A stretch of DNA of 59,968 bases from Nemertoderma westbladi (lineage: Eukaryota > Animalia > Xenacoelomorpha): positions 1-59,968 of the forward strand of contig JAUCBJ010008550.1 of the NCBI GenBank assembly GCA_032718475.1, given 5' to 3'. This document shows positions 15,001 to 27,002 of this stretch, piece by piece. The position numbers and the translations under genes are program-made. Numbering within the stretch: position 1 is the first letter of the stretch; each line of letters begins with the position of its first letter. The notes under the pieces were generated by a model that worked only from the letters and a program-made list of their open reading frames with translations, did not search any database and was not told the DNA's origin.

Positions 15001-18000
15001 AAGTGCTTACACACCATACACAGGTAAGTGCACCCCCACCATACACAGGTAAGTGCTTACACACCATACATAGGTAAGGGCTGCTTACACACCAGACACA
15101 GGTAAGTGCTTACACACCATACACAGGTAAGGGCTGCTTACACACCAGACACGGGTAAGTGCTTACACACCATACACAGGTAAGTGCTTACACATCATAT
15201 ACAGGCAAGTGCTTACACACCATACACCAAGTGCTTACACACCATATACAGGTAAGTGCTTACACACCATACACAGGTAAGTGCACCCCCACCATACACA
15301 GGTAAGTGCTTACACACCATACACAGGTAAGGGCTGCTTACACACCAGTCACAGGTAAGTGCTTACAAACCTTACACAGGTAAGTGCTTACACACGATAC
15401 ACGGGTTAAGTGCTTACAAACCATACACAGGTAAGTGTTTGCACACCATACACAGGTAAGTGATTACACACCATACACAGGTAAGTGTTTGCACACCATA
15501 CACAGGTAAGTGATTGCACACCAAACACAGGTAAGGGTTTGCACATCATACACAGCTAAGTGTTTGCACACCATACACAGGTAAGTGTTTACACATCATA
15601 CACAAGTAAGTGTTTACACTCCATACACAGGTAAGTGTTTGTACACCATACACAGGTAAGTGATGACACACCATACACAGGTAAGTGTTTGCACACCATA
15701 CACAGGTAAGTGTTTGTACACCATACACAGGTAAGTGATGACACACCATACACAGGTAAGTGTTTGCACATCATATACAGGTAAGTGTTTGCACACCATA
15801 CACAGGTAAGTGTTTGCATACCATACACAGGTAAGTGATTACACACCATACACATGTAAGTGTTTGCACACCATACACAGGTAAGTGATTGCACACCAAA
15901 CACAGGTAAGGGTTTGCACATCATACACAGGTAAGTGTTTGCACATCATATAAGGTAAGTGTTTGCATACCATACACAGGTAAGTGTTTGCACACCATAC
16001 ACAGGTAAGTGTTTGCATACCATACACAGGTAAGTGATTACACACCATACACAGGTAAGTGTTTGCACACCATACACAGGTAAGTGATTGCACACCAAAC
16101 ACAGGTAAGGGTTTGCACATCATACACAGGTAAGTGTTTGCACATCATATAAGGTAAGTGTTTGCATACCATACACAGGTAAGTGTTTGCACACCAAACA
16201 CAGGTAAGTGCTTACACACCATACACAGGTAAGTGCTTACACACCATACACCAAGTTCTTACACACCATACACAGGTAAGTGCTTACACACCATACAAAG
16301 GTAAGTGTTTGCACACCATACACAGGTAAGTGCTTACACACCACACACCCAGTGCTTTCTTACCATATACAGGTAAGTGCTTACACACCATATACAGGTA
16401 AGTGCTTACACACCATACACAGGTAAGTGCTTACACACCATACACAGGTAAGTGCTTACACACCATACACCAAGTGCTTACACACCATATACAGGTAAGT
16501 GCTTACACACCACCATACACAGGTAAGTATGCTTACACACCATACACAGGTAAGTGCACCTACACCATACACAGGTAAGTGCTTACACACCATACACAGG
16601 TAAGGGCTTACACACCATACACCAAGTGCTTACACACCATACACAGGTAAGTGTACTTACACACCATACACATGTAAGTGCTTACACACCATACACCAAG
16701 TGCTTACACACCATACACAGGTAAGTGCTTACACACCAAACACAGGTAAGTGCTTACACACTATACACAGGTAAGTGCTTACACACCATACACCAAGTGC
16801 TTACACACCATATACAGGTAGGTGCTTACACACCACCATACACAGGTAAGTGTGCTTACACAATACACAGGTAAGTGCTTACACTACATACACAGGTAAG
16901 GGCTTATACACCATACACCAAGTGCTTACACACCATATACCGGTAAGTGCTTACACACCATACACAGGTAAGTGCACCCCCACCATACACAGGTAAGTGC
17001 TTACACACCATACATAGGTAAGGGCTGCTTACACACCAGACACAGGTAAGTGCTTACACACCATACACAGGTAAGGGCTGCTTACACACCAGACACGGGT
17101 AAGTGCTTACACACCATACACAGGTAAGTGCTTACACATCATATACAGGTAAGTGCTTACACACCATACACCAAGTGCTTACACACCATATACAGGTAAG
17201 TGCTTACACACCATACACAGGTAAGTGCACCCCCACCATACACAGGTAAGTGCTTACACACCATACACAGGTAAGGGCTGCTTACACACCAGACACAGGT
17301 AAGTGCTTACAAACCTTACACAGGTAAGTGCTTACACACGATACACGGGTTAAGTGCTTACAAACCATACACAGGTAAGTGTTTGCACACCATACACAGG
17401 TAAGTGATTACACACCATACACAGGTAAGTGTTTGCACACCATACACAGGTAAGTGATTGCACACCAAACACAGGTAAGGGTTTGCACATCATACACAGC
17501 TAAGTGTTTGCACACCATACACAGGTAAGTGTTTACACATCATACACAAGTAAGTGTTTACACTCCATACACAGGTAAGTGTTTGTACACCATACACAGG
17601 TAAGTGATGACACACCATACACAGGTAAGTGTTTGCACACCATACACAGGTAAGTGTTTGTACACCATACACAGGTAAGTGATGACACACCATACACAGG
17701 TAAGTGTTTGCACATCATATACAGGTAAGTGTTTGCACACCATACACAGGTAAGTGTTTGCATACCATACACAGGTAAGTGTTTGCACACCATACACAGG
17801 TAAGTGTTTGCACACCATACACAGGTAAGTGTTTGCACACCATACACAGGTAAGGGTTTGCACACCATACACAGGTAAGTGTTTGCACACCATACACAGG
17901 TAAGTGATTGCACACCAAACACAGGTAAGGGTTTGCACATCATACACAGGTAAGTGTTTGCACATCATATAAGGTAAGTGTTTGCATACCATACACAGGT

Positions 18001-18465
18001 AAGTGTTTGCACACCATACACAGGTAAGTGTTTGCATACCATACACAGGTAAGTGATTACACACCATACACAGGTAAGTGTTTGCACACCATACACAGGT
18101 AAGTGATTGCACACCAAACACAGGTAAGGGTTTGCACATCATACACAGGTAAGTGTTTGCACATCATATAAGGTAAGTGTTTGCATACCATACACAGGTA
18201 AGTGTTTGCACACCATACACAGGTAAGTGTTTGCATACCATACACAGGTAAGTGATTACACACCATACACAGGTAAGTGTTTGCACACCATACACAGGTA
18301 AGTGATTGCACACCAAACACAGGTAAGGGTTTGCACATCATACACAGGTAAGTGTTTGCACATCATATAAGGTAAGTGTTTGCATACCATACACAGGTAA
18401 GTGATTACACACCATATACAGGTAATTGTTTGCAGACCATACACAGGTAAGTATTTGCACACCAT
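6060..18465 (+). repeat. 25-bp satellite (CACCATACACAGGTAAGTGCTTACA / ...GTGTTTGCA), roughly 500 units with higher-order repeats
   Basis: Directly visible tandem array with two subtypes plus 21-bp deletion variants. Identical blocks recur at offsets of 3309, 2623, 1944 and 199 bp, as shown by duplicated ORF translations. Confidence 0.99.
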
Positions 18466-18521
18466 CATAAACATTATAATTATAGTTTATAATTACATAC
18501 CTCTTTAGTTTATTTAAATTT

Positions 18522-20035
18522 AAATTATTAAGTTATTAATTATTAAGTTATTAATTATTAAGTTATTAATTATTAATTTATTAATTATTACGTTATTAAT
18601 TATTAAGTTATTAATTATTAAGTTAGTAATTATTAAGTTATTAATTATTAAGTTATTAATTATTAAGATATTAATTATTAAGTTATTAATTATTAAGTTA
18701 TTAATTATTAAGTTATTAATTATTAAGTTATTAATTATTAAGTTATTAATTATTAAGTTATTAAGTTATTAATTATTAAGTTATTAATTATTAAGTTATT
18801 AATTATTAAGTTATTAATTATTAAGTTATTAATTATTAAATTATTAAGTTATTAATTATTAAGTTATTAATTATTAAGTTATTAATTATTAAGTTATTAA
18901 TTATTAAGTTATTAATTATTTAAATTATTAAGTTATTAATTATTAAGTTATTAATTATTAAGTTATTAATTATTAAGTTATTAATTATTAAGTTATTAAT
19001 TATTAAGTTATTAATTATTAAGTTATTAATTATTAAGTTATTAATTATTAAGTTATTAATTATTAAGTTATTAATTATTAAGTTATTAATTATTAAGTTA
19101 TTAATTATTAAGTTATTAATTATTAAATTATTAAGTTATTAATTATTAAGTTATTAATTATTAAGTTATTAATTATTAAGTTATTAATTATTAAGTTATT
19201 AATTATTAAGTTATTAATTATTAAGTTATTAATTATTAAGTTATTAATTATTAAGTTATTAATTATTAAGTTATTAATTATTAAGTTATTAATTATTAAG
19301 TTATTAATTATTAAGTTATTAATTATTAAGTTATTAATTATTAAGTTATTAATTATTAAGTTATTAATTATTAAGTTATTAATTATTAAGTTATTAATTA
19401 TTAAGTTATTAATTATTAAGTTATTAATTATTAAGTTATTAATTATTAAGTTATTAATTATTAAGTTATTAATTATTAAGTTATTAATTATTAAGTTATT
19501 AATTATTAAGTTATTAATTATTAAGTTATTAATTATTAAGTTATTAATTATTAAGTTATTAATTATTAAGTTATTAATTATTAACTTATTAATTATTAAG
19601 TTATTAATTATTAAGTTATTAATTATTAAGTTATTAATTATTAAGTTATTAATTATTAAGTTATTAATTATTAAGTTATTAATTATTAAGTTATTAATTA
19701 TTAAGTTATTAATTATTAAGTTATTAATTATTAAGTTATTAATTATTAAGTTATTAATTATTAAGTTATTAATTATTAAGTTATTAATTATTAAGTTATT
19801 AATTATTAAGTTATTAATTATTAAGTTATTAATTATTAAGTTATTAATTATTAAGTTATTAATTATTAAGTTATTAATTATTAAGTTATTAATTATTAAG
19901 TTATTAATTATTAAGTTATTAATTATTAAGTTATTAATTATTAAGTTATTAATTATTAAGTTATTAATTATTAAGTTATTAATTATTAAGTTATTAATTA
20001 TTAAGTTATTAATTATTAAGTTATTAATTATTAAG
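18522..20035 (+). repeat. 15-bp AT-rich satellite (TTATTAAGTTATTAA)n, about 100 units
   Basis: Directly visible, nearly homogeneous array that ends exactly at the exon acceptor AG (20034-20035). Confidence 0.99.
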
Positions 20036-20179
20036 TATGCGAAAAACGAAGTTGGATCAGCGCAAAATTGTCGAACACGGAAATAATATGGCTGATGTGA
20101 TGAAAACTGGAACCATGACTCACGATATCGTCAATGATCTGCAAGATAGACAAATGGATCTTAATGATAAGTTGATCAG
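20036..20179 (+). CDS. KCNN: SK/KCNN exon, distal CaMBD / coiled coil
   Basis: Starts right after the last TTAAG of the AT array. The phase-2 join AG+T gives Ser, then MRKTKLDQRKIVEHGNNMADVMKTGTMTHDIVNDLQDRQMDLNDKLI, colinear with SK LRSVKMEQRKL...DLAK..MYD...DL. Donor CAG|GTACAA. Confidence 0.88.
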
Positions 20180-21044
20180 GTACAAAGATTTATATATTTG
20201 AATATCAACTGTTACGACTTAAGGTTATGTTTTATATATTTATCTAACAGTATGGTTACTAACCGAATTTCTAATGTATCGCTGATATTTTCATGTATTG
20301 GAAGAAAATAATAACTCAAATCATATAAAGTACACATCCTTTGAGGTAGACTAGACAGACATGTCTTTATTGCAAAGATTAATAATTGTGTGGCCTGACA
20401 ACAAATTACATAATTCATAATAATTAATAAATCATAATTTTACATAATTATAATCACAAATTTTCTACCAGTTATTGTACTTTGTTTGGATTTATTCCTA
20501 AATTACTTTTGTTGAATTCCGCTATTGGAGATGTTGCGAGCTCATCTATCTACAATGCAACAGCGATATTTCTTCCCAAAATTTGTAGCAACATGTTGAC
20601 AAGTTCCAAGTTGGTTTCAAAAGAACTCAAGTGCTACAATGTGCACTTCGGTAATTGTAAAAGAATAATTATTTTTCAGGATTTCTTGCTTCATGTACAT
20701 AATAGTGTAATTTGCTGTAATCAAGAGATTGGGTTTCTTTATTTGTAGAACGTCTAAAAGAAAGGTTCTCTACACCTTATTATGTAAACTCTTACTGTAA
20801 ATTATATCAAACTCCACCAAAGTTCCTATGATAATAATGATAAATCAATCGCAGTTGTAATGGATTGATGCAAAGTCATCATCTTTTAAATTTTTGGGGA
20901 TTGGATTAGGACAATTCATTTATTGTATATACTTCTCCATGTTTCTTTCCATAACTAGATTTGATTCAACAAAATAACATATTGTAAAATTAAAATATAA
21001 CAATTTACTTAGCTGTTATTGAACTAATATCATTTATTCTACAG

Positions 21045-21333
21045 GATTGAGCAGAGTCTGACAGCTATGCAGTCATATTTAGACATATTGCCAGAGATTA
21101 TGCGACAAACTATGAAGGAATCTTTAACGCAATCTCAACATCCCCAACGTCCACCGCACCTTAAAGATTTACGCCGTGATGATAACGTGAAGCCGCAACA
21201 ATTCAACGAGGGGTCGACATCAGGAGAGGTCTACCATCCGCCAATCACGATATCGCAGGACCCGTCCTCGAAAACTCGTATAGAAGGCACTGCTAGTGTT
21301 CCTGAGATCCATTTCAAAAGCAGTATACTCTAA
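21045..21333 (+). CDS. KCNN: SK/KCNN terminal coding exon
   Basis: tttattctacag acceptor. The phase-2 join AG+G gives Arg, then IEQSLTAMQSYLDILPEIMRQTM..., like the SK C-terminal coiled coil LP..I.Q. In frame with ORF 21067-21333, ending at TAA. Confidence 0.85.
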
Positions 21334-21681
21334 TTATTTTCAAAATAATTTTTTTAAACACAAGTAATGCACAACTGTTTTCGACTCATACTGTAAGTAA
21401 TGAATAATAGTTTGATTATAAGAGTACAGAATGGATTGATTGGATGCTTGAATGTTAGATTATGTGCCTTTTTGGTTAGCGATATTGGTAATTTTAGGAA
21501 AACCATCAATGGAAATGTAAAGATTTGACTGAAGCCTACAACTGAAATATAATCGTGTAAGTCTGGTAATTTAGCAATATTTATGATGTGTTATGACGAA
21601 GTACGTAAGTTTATTCTAGAATTGATAACATTATTTTTATTTTTTATGTAAAAACTAACACATACAGTAAGTACAGTAGAT

Positions 21682-21687
21682 AATAAA
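21682..21687 (+). promoter_or_regulatory. Candidate polyadenylation signal of the SK gene
   Basis: AATAAA about 350 nt after the stop codon, followed by T/GT-rich sequence. The AT-rich context makes a chance match possible. Confidence 0.4.
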
Positions 21688-21734
21688 CGCGAAATGTTGA
21701 ATACAAATTGATGTTTATGAAATATTACTTTTAA

Positions 21735-23317
21735 CCCTATTAAACCCGGGGGGGGGGGGGGGGGGGGGTCAATATGACCCCCCCCCCGTGGTTTTTTTAT
21801 TATAATTCTGAAACAAACGCAGTTGGCAATCTGAAATTTTATGACTTTTCCTAAAAATCTATTGTCTTCCTAGTAGTGAAAACCGTTTTCAAAAATATTG
21901 GGTACTTTTCGAGTTATAGCACCATTTTTTAACCCTACTTTTGGCACTTTTTTTGAGACGTTTTTTGAAAATTACATTTCATTAAATATGAATTGTAACA
22001 TCTCTATTTTTGATTTACACCGGTTTTTTGGTGTTAGAAATTGGATGGAATTCATATAAATTGATTTAGAAATTTCAAACTTGTTTTTTTCGGTGGGTGC
22101 CAAATTTTGGTGCCAGCACCAAATTTTGAAATATGTCAATTTTGTAAATTGATTGTTTGAAACTTGTTTTTTACGCAATTGGGGTTTTTTGGGGTTCTGG
22201 ATTCGATGAAATATATACGAGTTGCACCAAGCGTATCAAACTTGTATTTTTCGGTGCTGTGTGCAAATTTTGGTGCTAGCACGAAATTTTGAAAATCCAT
22301 TCAATAGATAAAATTGCTTGTGACAATTTATTTCTTGCGTTTTAGAGGTTTATGGCTGTTCTGAATTCAATGGAATATATAATTATCGAACTAGACATCT
22401 CAAACTTGTATTTTTCGGATGTGGGTGCAAAATGTGGTGCTAGCACCAAATTTTGAAAACCATCAAATATATCAATTGATTGTGTCACCTTGTTTCTTGC
22501 GTTATACGGGTTTGTGATGGTTCTGAATTCAATGGAATCAGTACAAATTTCATAAGAGTCCTCAAACTTGTATTTTTCGCCGGTGGGTGAAAATTGTTGT
22601 GCCAGCACCAAATTTTGGAAAATATGCAAATTGATCAGTAGATAGTATCACCTTGTTTCTTGCGTTATACGGGTTTATGAGGGTCCTGAATCCGATGGAA
22701 TCAATAAAAACAGCACTGGACATCGCAAAATTGTACTTTTTGGTGATGGGTACGAAATTTGGTGCTAGCACCAAAATTTGCCAAATTACGCCGAAAAATA
22801 CAAGTAGCAATGATCTGGCATATTAGAAACGTATTCCATTAGAATCAGCGCCCTCGAAAACCTGAAAATGTGAATTTATAGCATCGTATAAGTGAATTAA
22901 AAATTTTGTGTTCTAACTGAAAAGTGCTGGTTACTTGTTTTTTTCATTTTTTTCCTACGCAGAGAGGACTAAACAGCCATTTATAGTAATCATATCATTT
23001 TTAAATATTTTCCAATGTATTTTGCACCCCAGAAAACCTGCATTGAAAAATAATTAGCCGAAAATGTAACTTTCAAATTTTGTGAAAATTGTGCACTACT
23101 TGTAATTTTGGTGCTGCAATATAACCACCCCAGTACATTTTTTCGAAATTTTTTTTTCGGTCGGATCCAGACAAGTGATACCTACGTACAAACAAAAAAT
23201 CAGACGTTTTCGTAAATATTTGTAGATTTTAGAGGGGGGGGGGGGGGGGGGGGTCAATATGACCCCCCCCCCGCCCCCGGTATTTGTACAACATTTTATA
23301 GCCCGGTTCTAATAGGG
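21735..23317. mobile_element. Non-autonomous piggyBac-type DNA transposon
   Basis: TTAA at 21731-21734 and 23318-23321. Terminal inverted repeats CCCTATTAAACCCGGG / CCCGGTTCTAATAGGG. Subterminal G(n)TCAATATGAC(n) palindrome at both ends. No transposase ORF. Confidence 0.88.
22070..22790. repeat. Degenerate ~163-bp tandem repeat (about 4.5 units) inside the piggyBac-type MITE
   Basis: caaacttgtatttttc...aaattttggtgctagcaccaaatttt recurs at ~22077, 22237, 22400, 22563 and 22726. Confidence 0.8.
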
Positions 23318-23516
23318 TTAAGAGATAAACATATACAATCATAAGATATTAAACAATTTTATTACCTTAAAAACCATTGCTGTATATTATCTACTAACTA
23401 CCATCAATAATTCGGAATTATTTGAATTTTATTGAATTTTGTGATTTTGGTTAACGATTTTATGGTTTATAAAACTCAATAAACCTACTGTAGTATATAT
23501 ATTGGACGATACATTG

Positions 23517-26500
23517 ATGGATCAGGACGAAACTATACTGGGTGGATCCCCGATCGTCCAGGATAATCCGCTAGCTGCCAGTGCGTCAGCATCATTGAAC
23601 TCTCCAGTTTGGTCTCCGGGAGCGAGGGCCAGTGCCATCATATCTAGGATTCGGAGCCCCGGTACAGGGTCTGCTTTGGGGTCAGCAGTTAAAGACCCCG
23701 AACTTTTCAGATCCAGACATTTCAGACTTTCCAGTCGGGTCCCCCTGCAGTCCAGTCGGTGCGCCCAGCAGTCCAGACGGGTCCCCCATCAGTCCAGTTG
23801 GGTCCCCCATCAGTCCAGTCGGTGCGCCCAGCAGTCCAGTCGGGTCCCCCATCAGTCCAGGTCGGGTCCCCCATATGTCCAGTCCAGTCGGGTCGCCCAG
23901 CAGTCCCAGTCGGGCCCCCATCAGTCCAGTCGGGTCCCCCAGCAGATCCAGTTGGGTCCCCCATCCAGACCAGTCGGGTCCTTCAGGAGTCCAGTCGGGT
24001 CCCCCAGCAGTCCAGTCGGGTCCCCCATCAGACCAGTCGGGTCCCTCAGGAGTCCAGTCGGGTCCCCCAGCAGTCCAGTCGGGTCCCCCATCAGACCAGT
24101 CGGGTCCCTCAGGAGTCCAGTCGGGTCTCCCAGCAGTCCAGTCGGGTCCCCCTTCAGACCAGTCGGGTCCCCCATCAGTCCTCCAGCAGTCCAGTTGGGT
24201 CCCCCTTCAGACCAGTCGGGTCCCTCAGGAGCCCAGTCGGGTCCCCCTGCAGTCCAGTCAGGTCCCCCATCAGACCAGTCGGGTCCCTCAGGAGTCCAGT
24301 CGGGTCCCCCAGCAGTCCAGTCGGGTCCCCCTTCAGACCAGTCGGGTCCCCCTTCAGTCCGGTCGGGTCCCCCAGCAATCCAGCCGGGTCCCCCACCAGT
24401 CCAGTTGGCACCCTCGGCATCTATCGGTCGACCTCTGCCATCCTCCCTGTCCAGTGTTGTACTCACTTCAACAAGTCGAGTCGACTCCGCAGTATGGTTC
24501 AATGAATCCTTGCCCAGGCACCAAATAATAGAGTCAATCAACACAGTGTACAACAGCATAGTACACTGGCGGCCAAACCTATTCCTGGTTCCTCAGGGGG
24601 CCGTGGGTAGAGAATTGGTGGCAGAGATTTCTCGGTTGTTGGCGCTGGCAATCAGTGAAAATCCCCTACATGAGGTCGCCCTCACGGCAATGATGATATT
24701 GCCAGCTCTCCTCTTACAGAAACCGAGTCGGTCTTCAACCACGGCCACACACCGGCACATTCTCCAACGCCGTCTGGTGAGCTGGAGGGAAGCAAAATTC
24801 GACGAACTCATGGTGGAGGCCAGGGCCATTCAGACACACCTTCCTAAGCGACGACCCCCAGCCTCTCAGGACGTAGCACTCCAGAAGGCGTTCACCCGCC
24901 ACATGCTGACTGGGAATATTTCGGCGGCGACGAGAGTTCTTGGACAGTTACACCGCGGTTCTCCACTGAGTCTGAATGACTCATTCACGGACAAAGATGG
25001 GAAAACCAAGGTGGTCCGGGATGTTCTGCGAGCGAAACATCCTCCAGCGCAGCACGCAGACGAGTCGACCCTGCTATCGCACTTCCCTGAGGCGCCACAG
25101 CACCACAGCGTTGTGTTTGAGGCGATCGATGGGAAGCTCATCCTTGGGAGCTTGCTTAGAATGAAGGGAAACGCCGCGGGTCCATCGGGAGTTGATGTTC
25201 AGGGTTGGAAGCACCTCCTTACCCGGTTTCGGACACAGTCTTCCGAGCTGGGTGAGAGGATCGCAGACTTGGCGAAACAACTCGCACAGACCAAGACTTC
25301 TCAGGGGTCTCTATCTGCGCTACTGTCTGCCAGACTTATTGCACTGGACAAAAACCCGGGTGTCAGACCCATAGGAATAGGTGAGGTGTTGCGCCACGTC
25401 ATAGGTAAATCTATCACCCATTGTATCCGTCAGGATCTTGAGTCTGTCGGTGGGAACACCCAACTCTGCCTGGGTCAGAAGGCTGCATTGAATTCGCCAT
25501 CCACAGCCTCACGATGGAGTGGGACTCGGACGACTGTGACGGGGTTCTACAGATAGACGGTACAAACGCCTTCAACGTACTGAACCGTTCGGCTGCCCTC
25601 CACAACATTGGAGTTGTCTGCCCTGCCCTTCTCACCATAGTCACCAATTGCTACAGCGAACCAGCTCGACTCTTTGTGGGAGGGGAGACGTTGCTCTCTG
25701 AAGAGGGGACCACACAGGGTGACCCCATTGCCATGGCGATGTATGGGTGCTCCATTATGCCACTATTAGCTGCGTTGGGACGTGCAAGCAAGGCCACACA
25801 GCGGTGGTATGCGGATGATGGCAATGCGGCAGGAAAACTCACTGACCTACGGGCCTTCCTAGAGGTCGCTACCACAATGGGTCCTCTCTTCGGCTACTTC
25901 CCATCCAAGTGTCACCTCACAGTGAAACCAGCAATGTTGGAAGAGGCTGAGATTCTTTTCGCCAATACTGGTGTCGCCATCAACACGACAGGCCATGAGC
26001 TACTCGACGGGGTTGTTGGCACAGAGGAGTATCGCACCATGTTCCTAGAAGAGAAGGCTCAGGAGTTCGCCATGGAAGTGGATCTTCTCGCAGGGGTGGC
26101 AGCAGTGGACCCCCACTGTGCGTACGCGGGCCTCGCGTTTGGCCTTGCCTGTCGGTGGCGGTTCATCACCCGTGTTGTATCCACCGCGCCAGCCCATCTC
26201 ACCCTGTTGGAGGAAGCTGTAAATCGATTCCTTTGCCGTCTCACCGATCGGCCAGCCATCTCAAAAGAGGAACGCCTGTTACTTTTCCTGCCAGTCCGTG
26301 ACGGGGGTATCGGCATTCCGGTGCCCACTGACCTGTCACATCAGTATACCAGCTCGCTTCGGGTCTGTGAGCCATTCATCAGCGCCACACCAGATACAAT
26401 GGCGCAGGTCCGGGAGAAACAAAAGGAGGTGGTGGGCAGGTTGAAGGTAGAGGCGCTGCTCCAGTCGATGGAAAAGAGAGAGGAAGTGGTGGGAATATTA

Positions 26501-26953
26501 TCTCCTCCCCAGCGGCACAACGAGATCTGGGACTTTGTCGCTGATGCTCTGACGGAGGTGTCACATAATGTGGCTGTGGAGCCAGTCCTCCAACCGCTAA
26601 CGGGCGAGCAGTTTGAACACCGCAGCACTTCAACGGACCAGCTGGTGAGATTGGACATCTCAGTGAGCGGCTTCTGGGGCAATCGGTTCCAGAAGACGTT
26701 CCTGGACGTCTCAGTCTTCAATCCACTGGCAGAAACTAATGCTGCCATGTCCCTACCGTCAGCACACCTTTACCATGAAGCGCGGAAGAACCTAAAGTAT
26801 CAGGAACGAGTGAGGGAGGTGGAACACGCCACCTTCACTCCTCTGATATTCTCCGCGTTTGGTGGTATGGCGCCTTCGGCCATACATCTGGTGAAGCGGT
26901 TGGCGCACCGCCTGGCGGAGAAGCGAGAAACGCGGTATGCGGAGTGCATCACA
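23517..26953 (+). mobile_element. CRE-clade-like non-LTR retrotransposon (RT + restriction-like endonuclease), disrupted
   Basis: RT motifs IALDKNPGVRPIGIGEVLR, DGTNAFN, GTTQGDPIAM, WYADD. RLE motifs RHNEI...RLDISVSGFW...FLDVSVFNP...HEARKNLKY...FTPLIFSAFGGM. One-base frameshift near 25485 (GQKA[G]IEFAIHSL), zinc-knuckle region missing before RHN, 3' end cut off. Confidence 0.88.
23730..24410 (+). repeat. GC-rich ~21-bp minisatellite (CAGTCCAGTCGGGTCCCCC..) within the CRE-like ORF
   Basis: Directly visible; translates as QSSRVP / SPVGSP / VQSGPP repeats. Confidence 0.93.
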
Positions 26954-26971
26954 TACTACTACTACTACTAG

Positions 26972-27002
<31 letters not shown>

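Noticed and set aside
6060-18465. 25-bp array as a CRISPR array
   Set aside because: Units are head-to-tail with no unique spacers, there are no cas genes, and the context is a eukaryotic intron.
7084-18474. Many Cys/His-rich ORFs (LTHHTQVSA..., MVCKHLPVYGV...) as zinc-finger proteins
   Set aside because: They are translations of the satellite in several frames and on both strands, with no domain structure.
23632-24559. Collagen-like or mucin-like host genes from overlapping ORFs
   Set aside because: These are alternative-frame and antisense readings of the 21-bp minisatellite.
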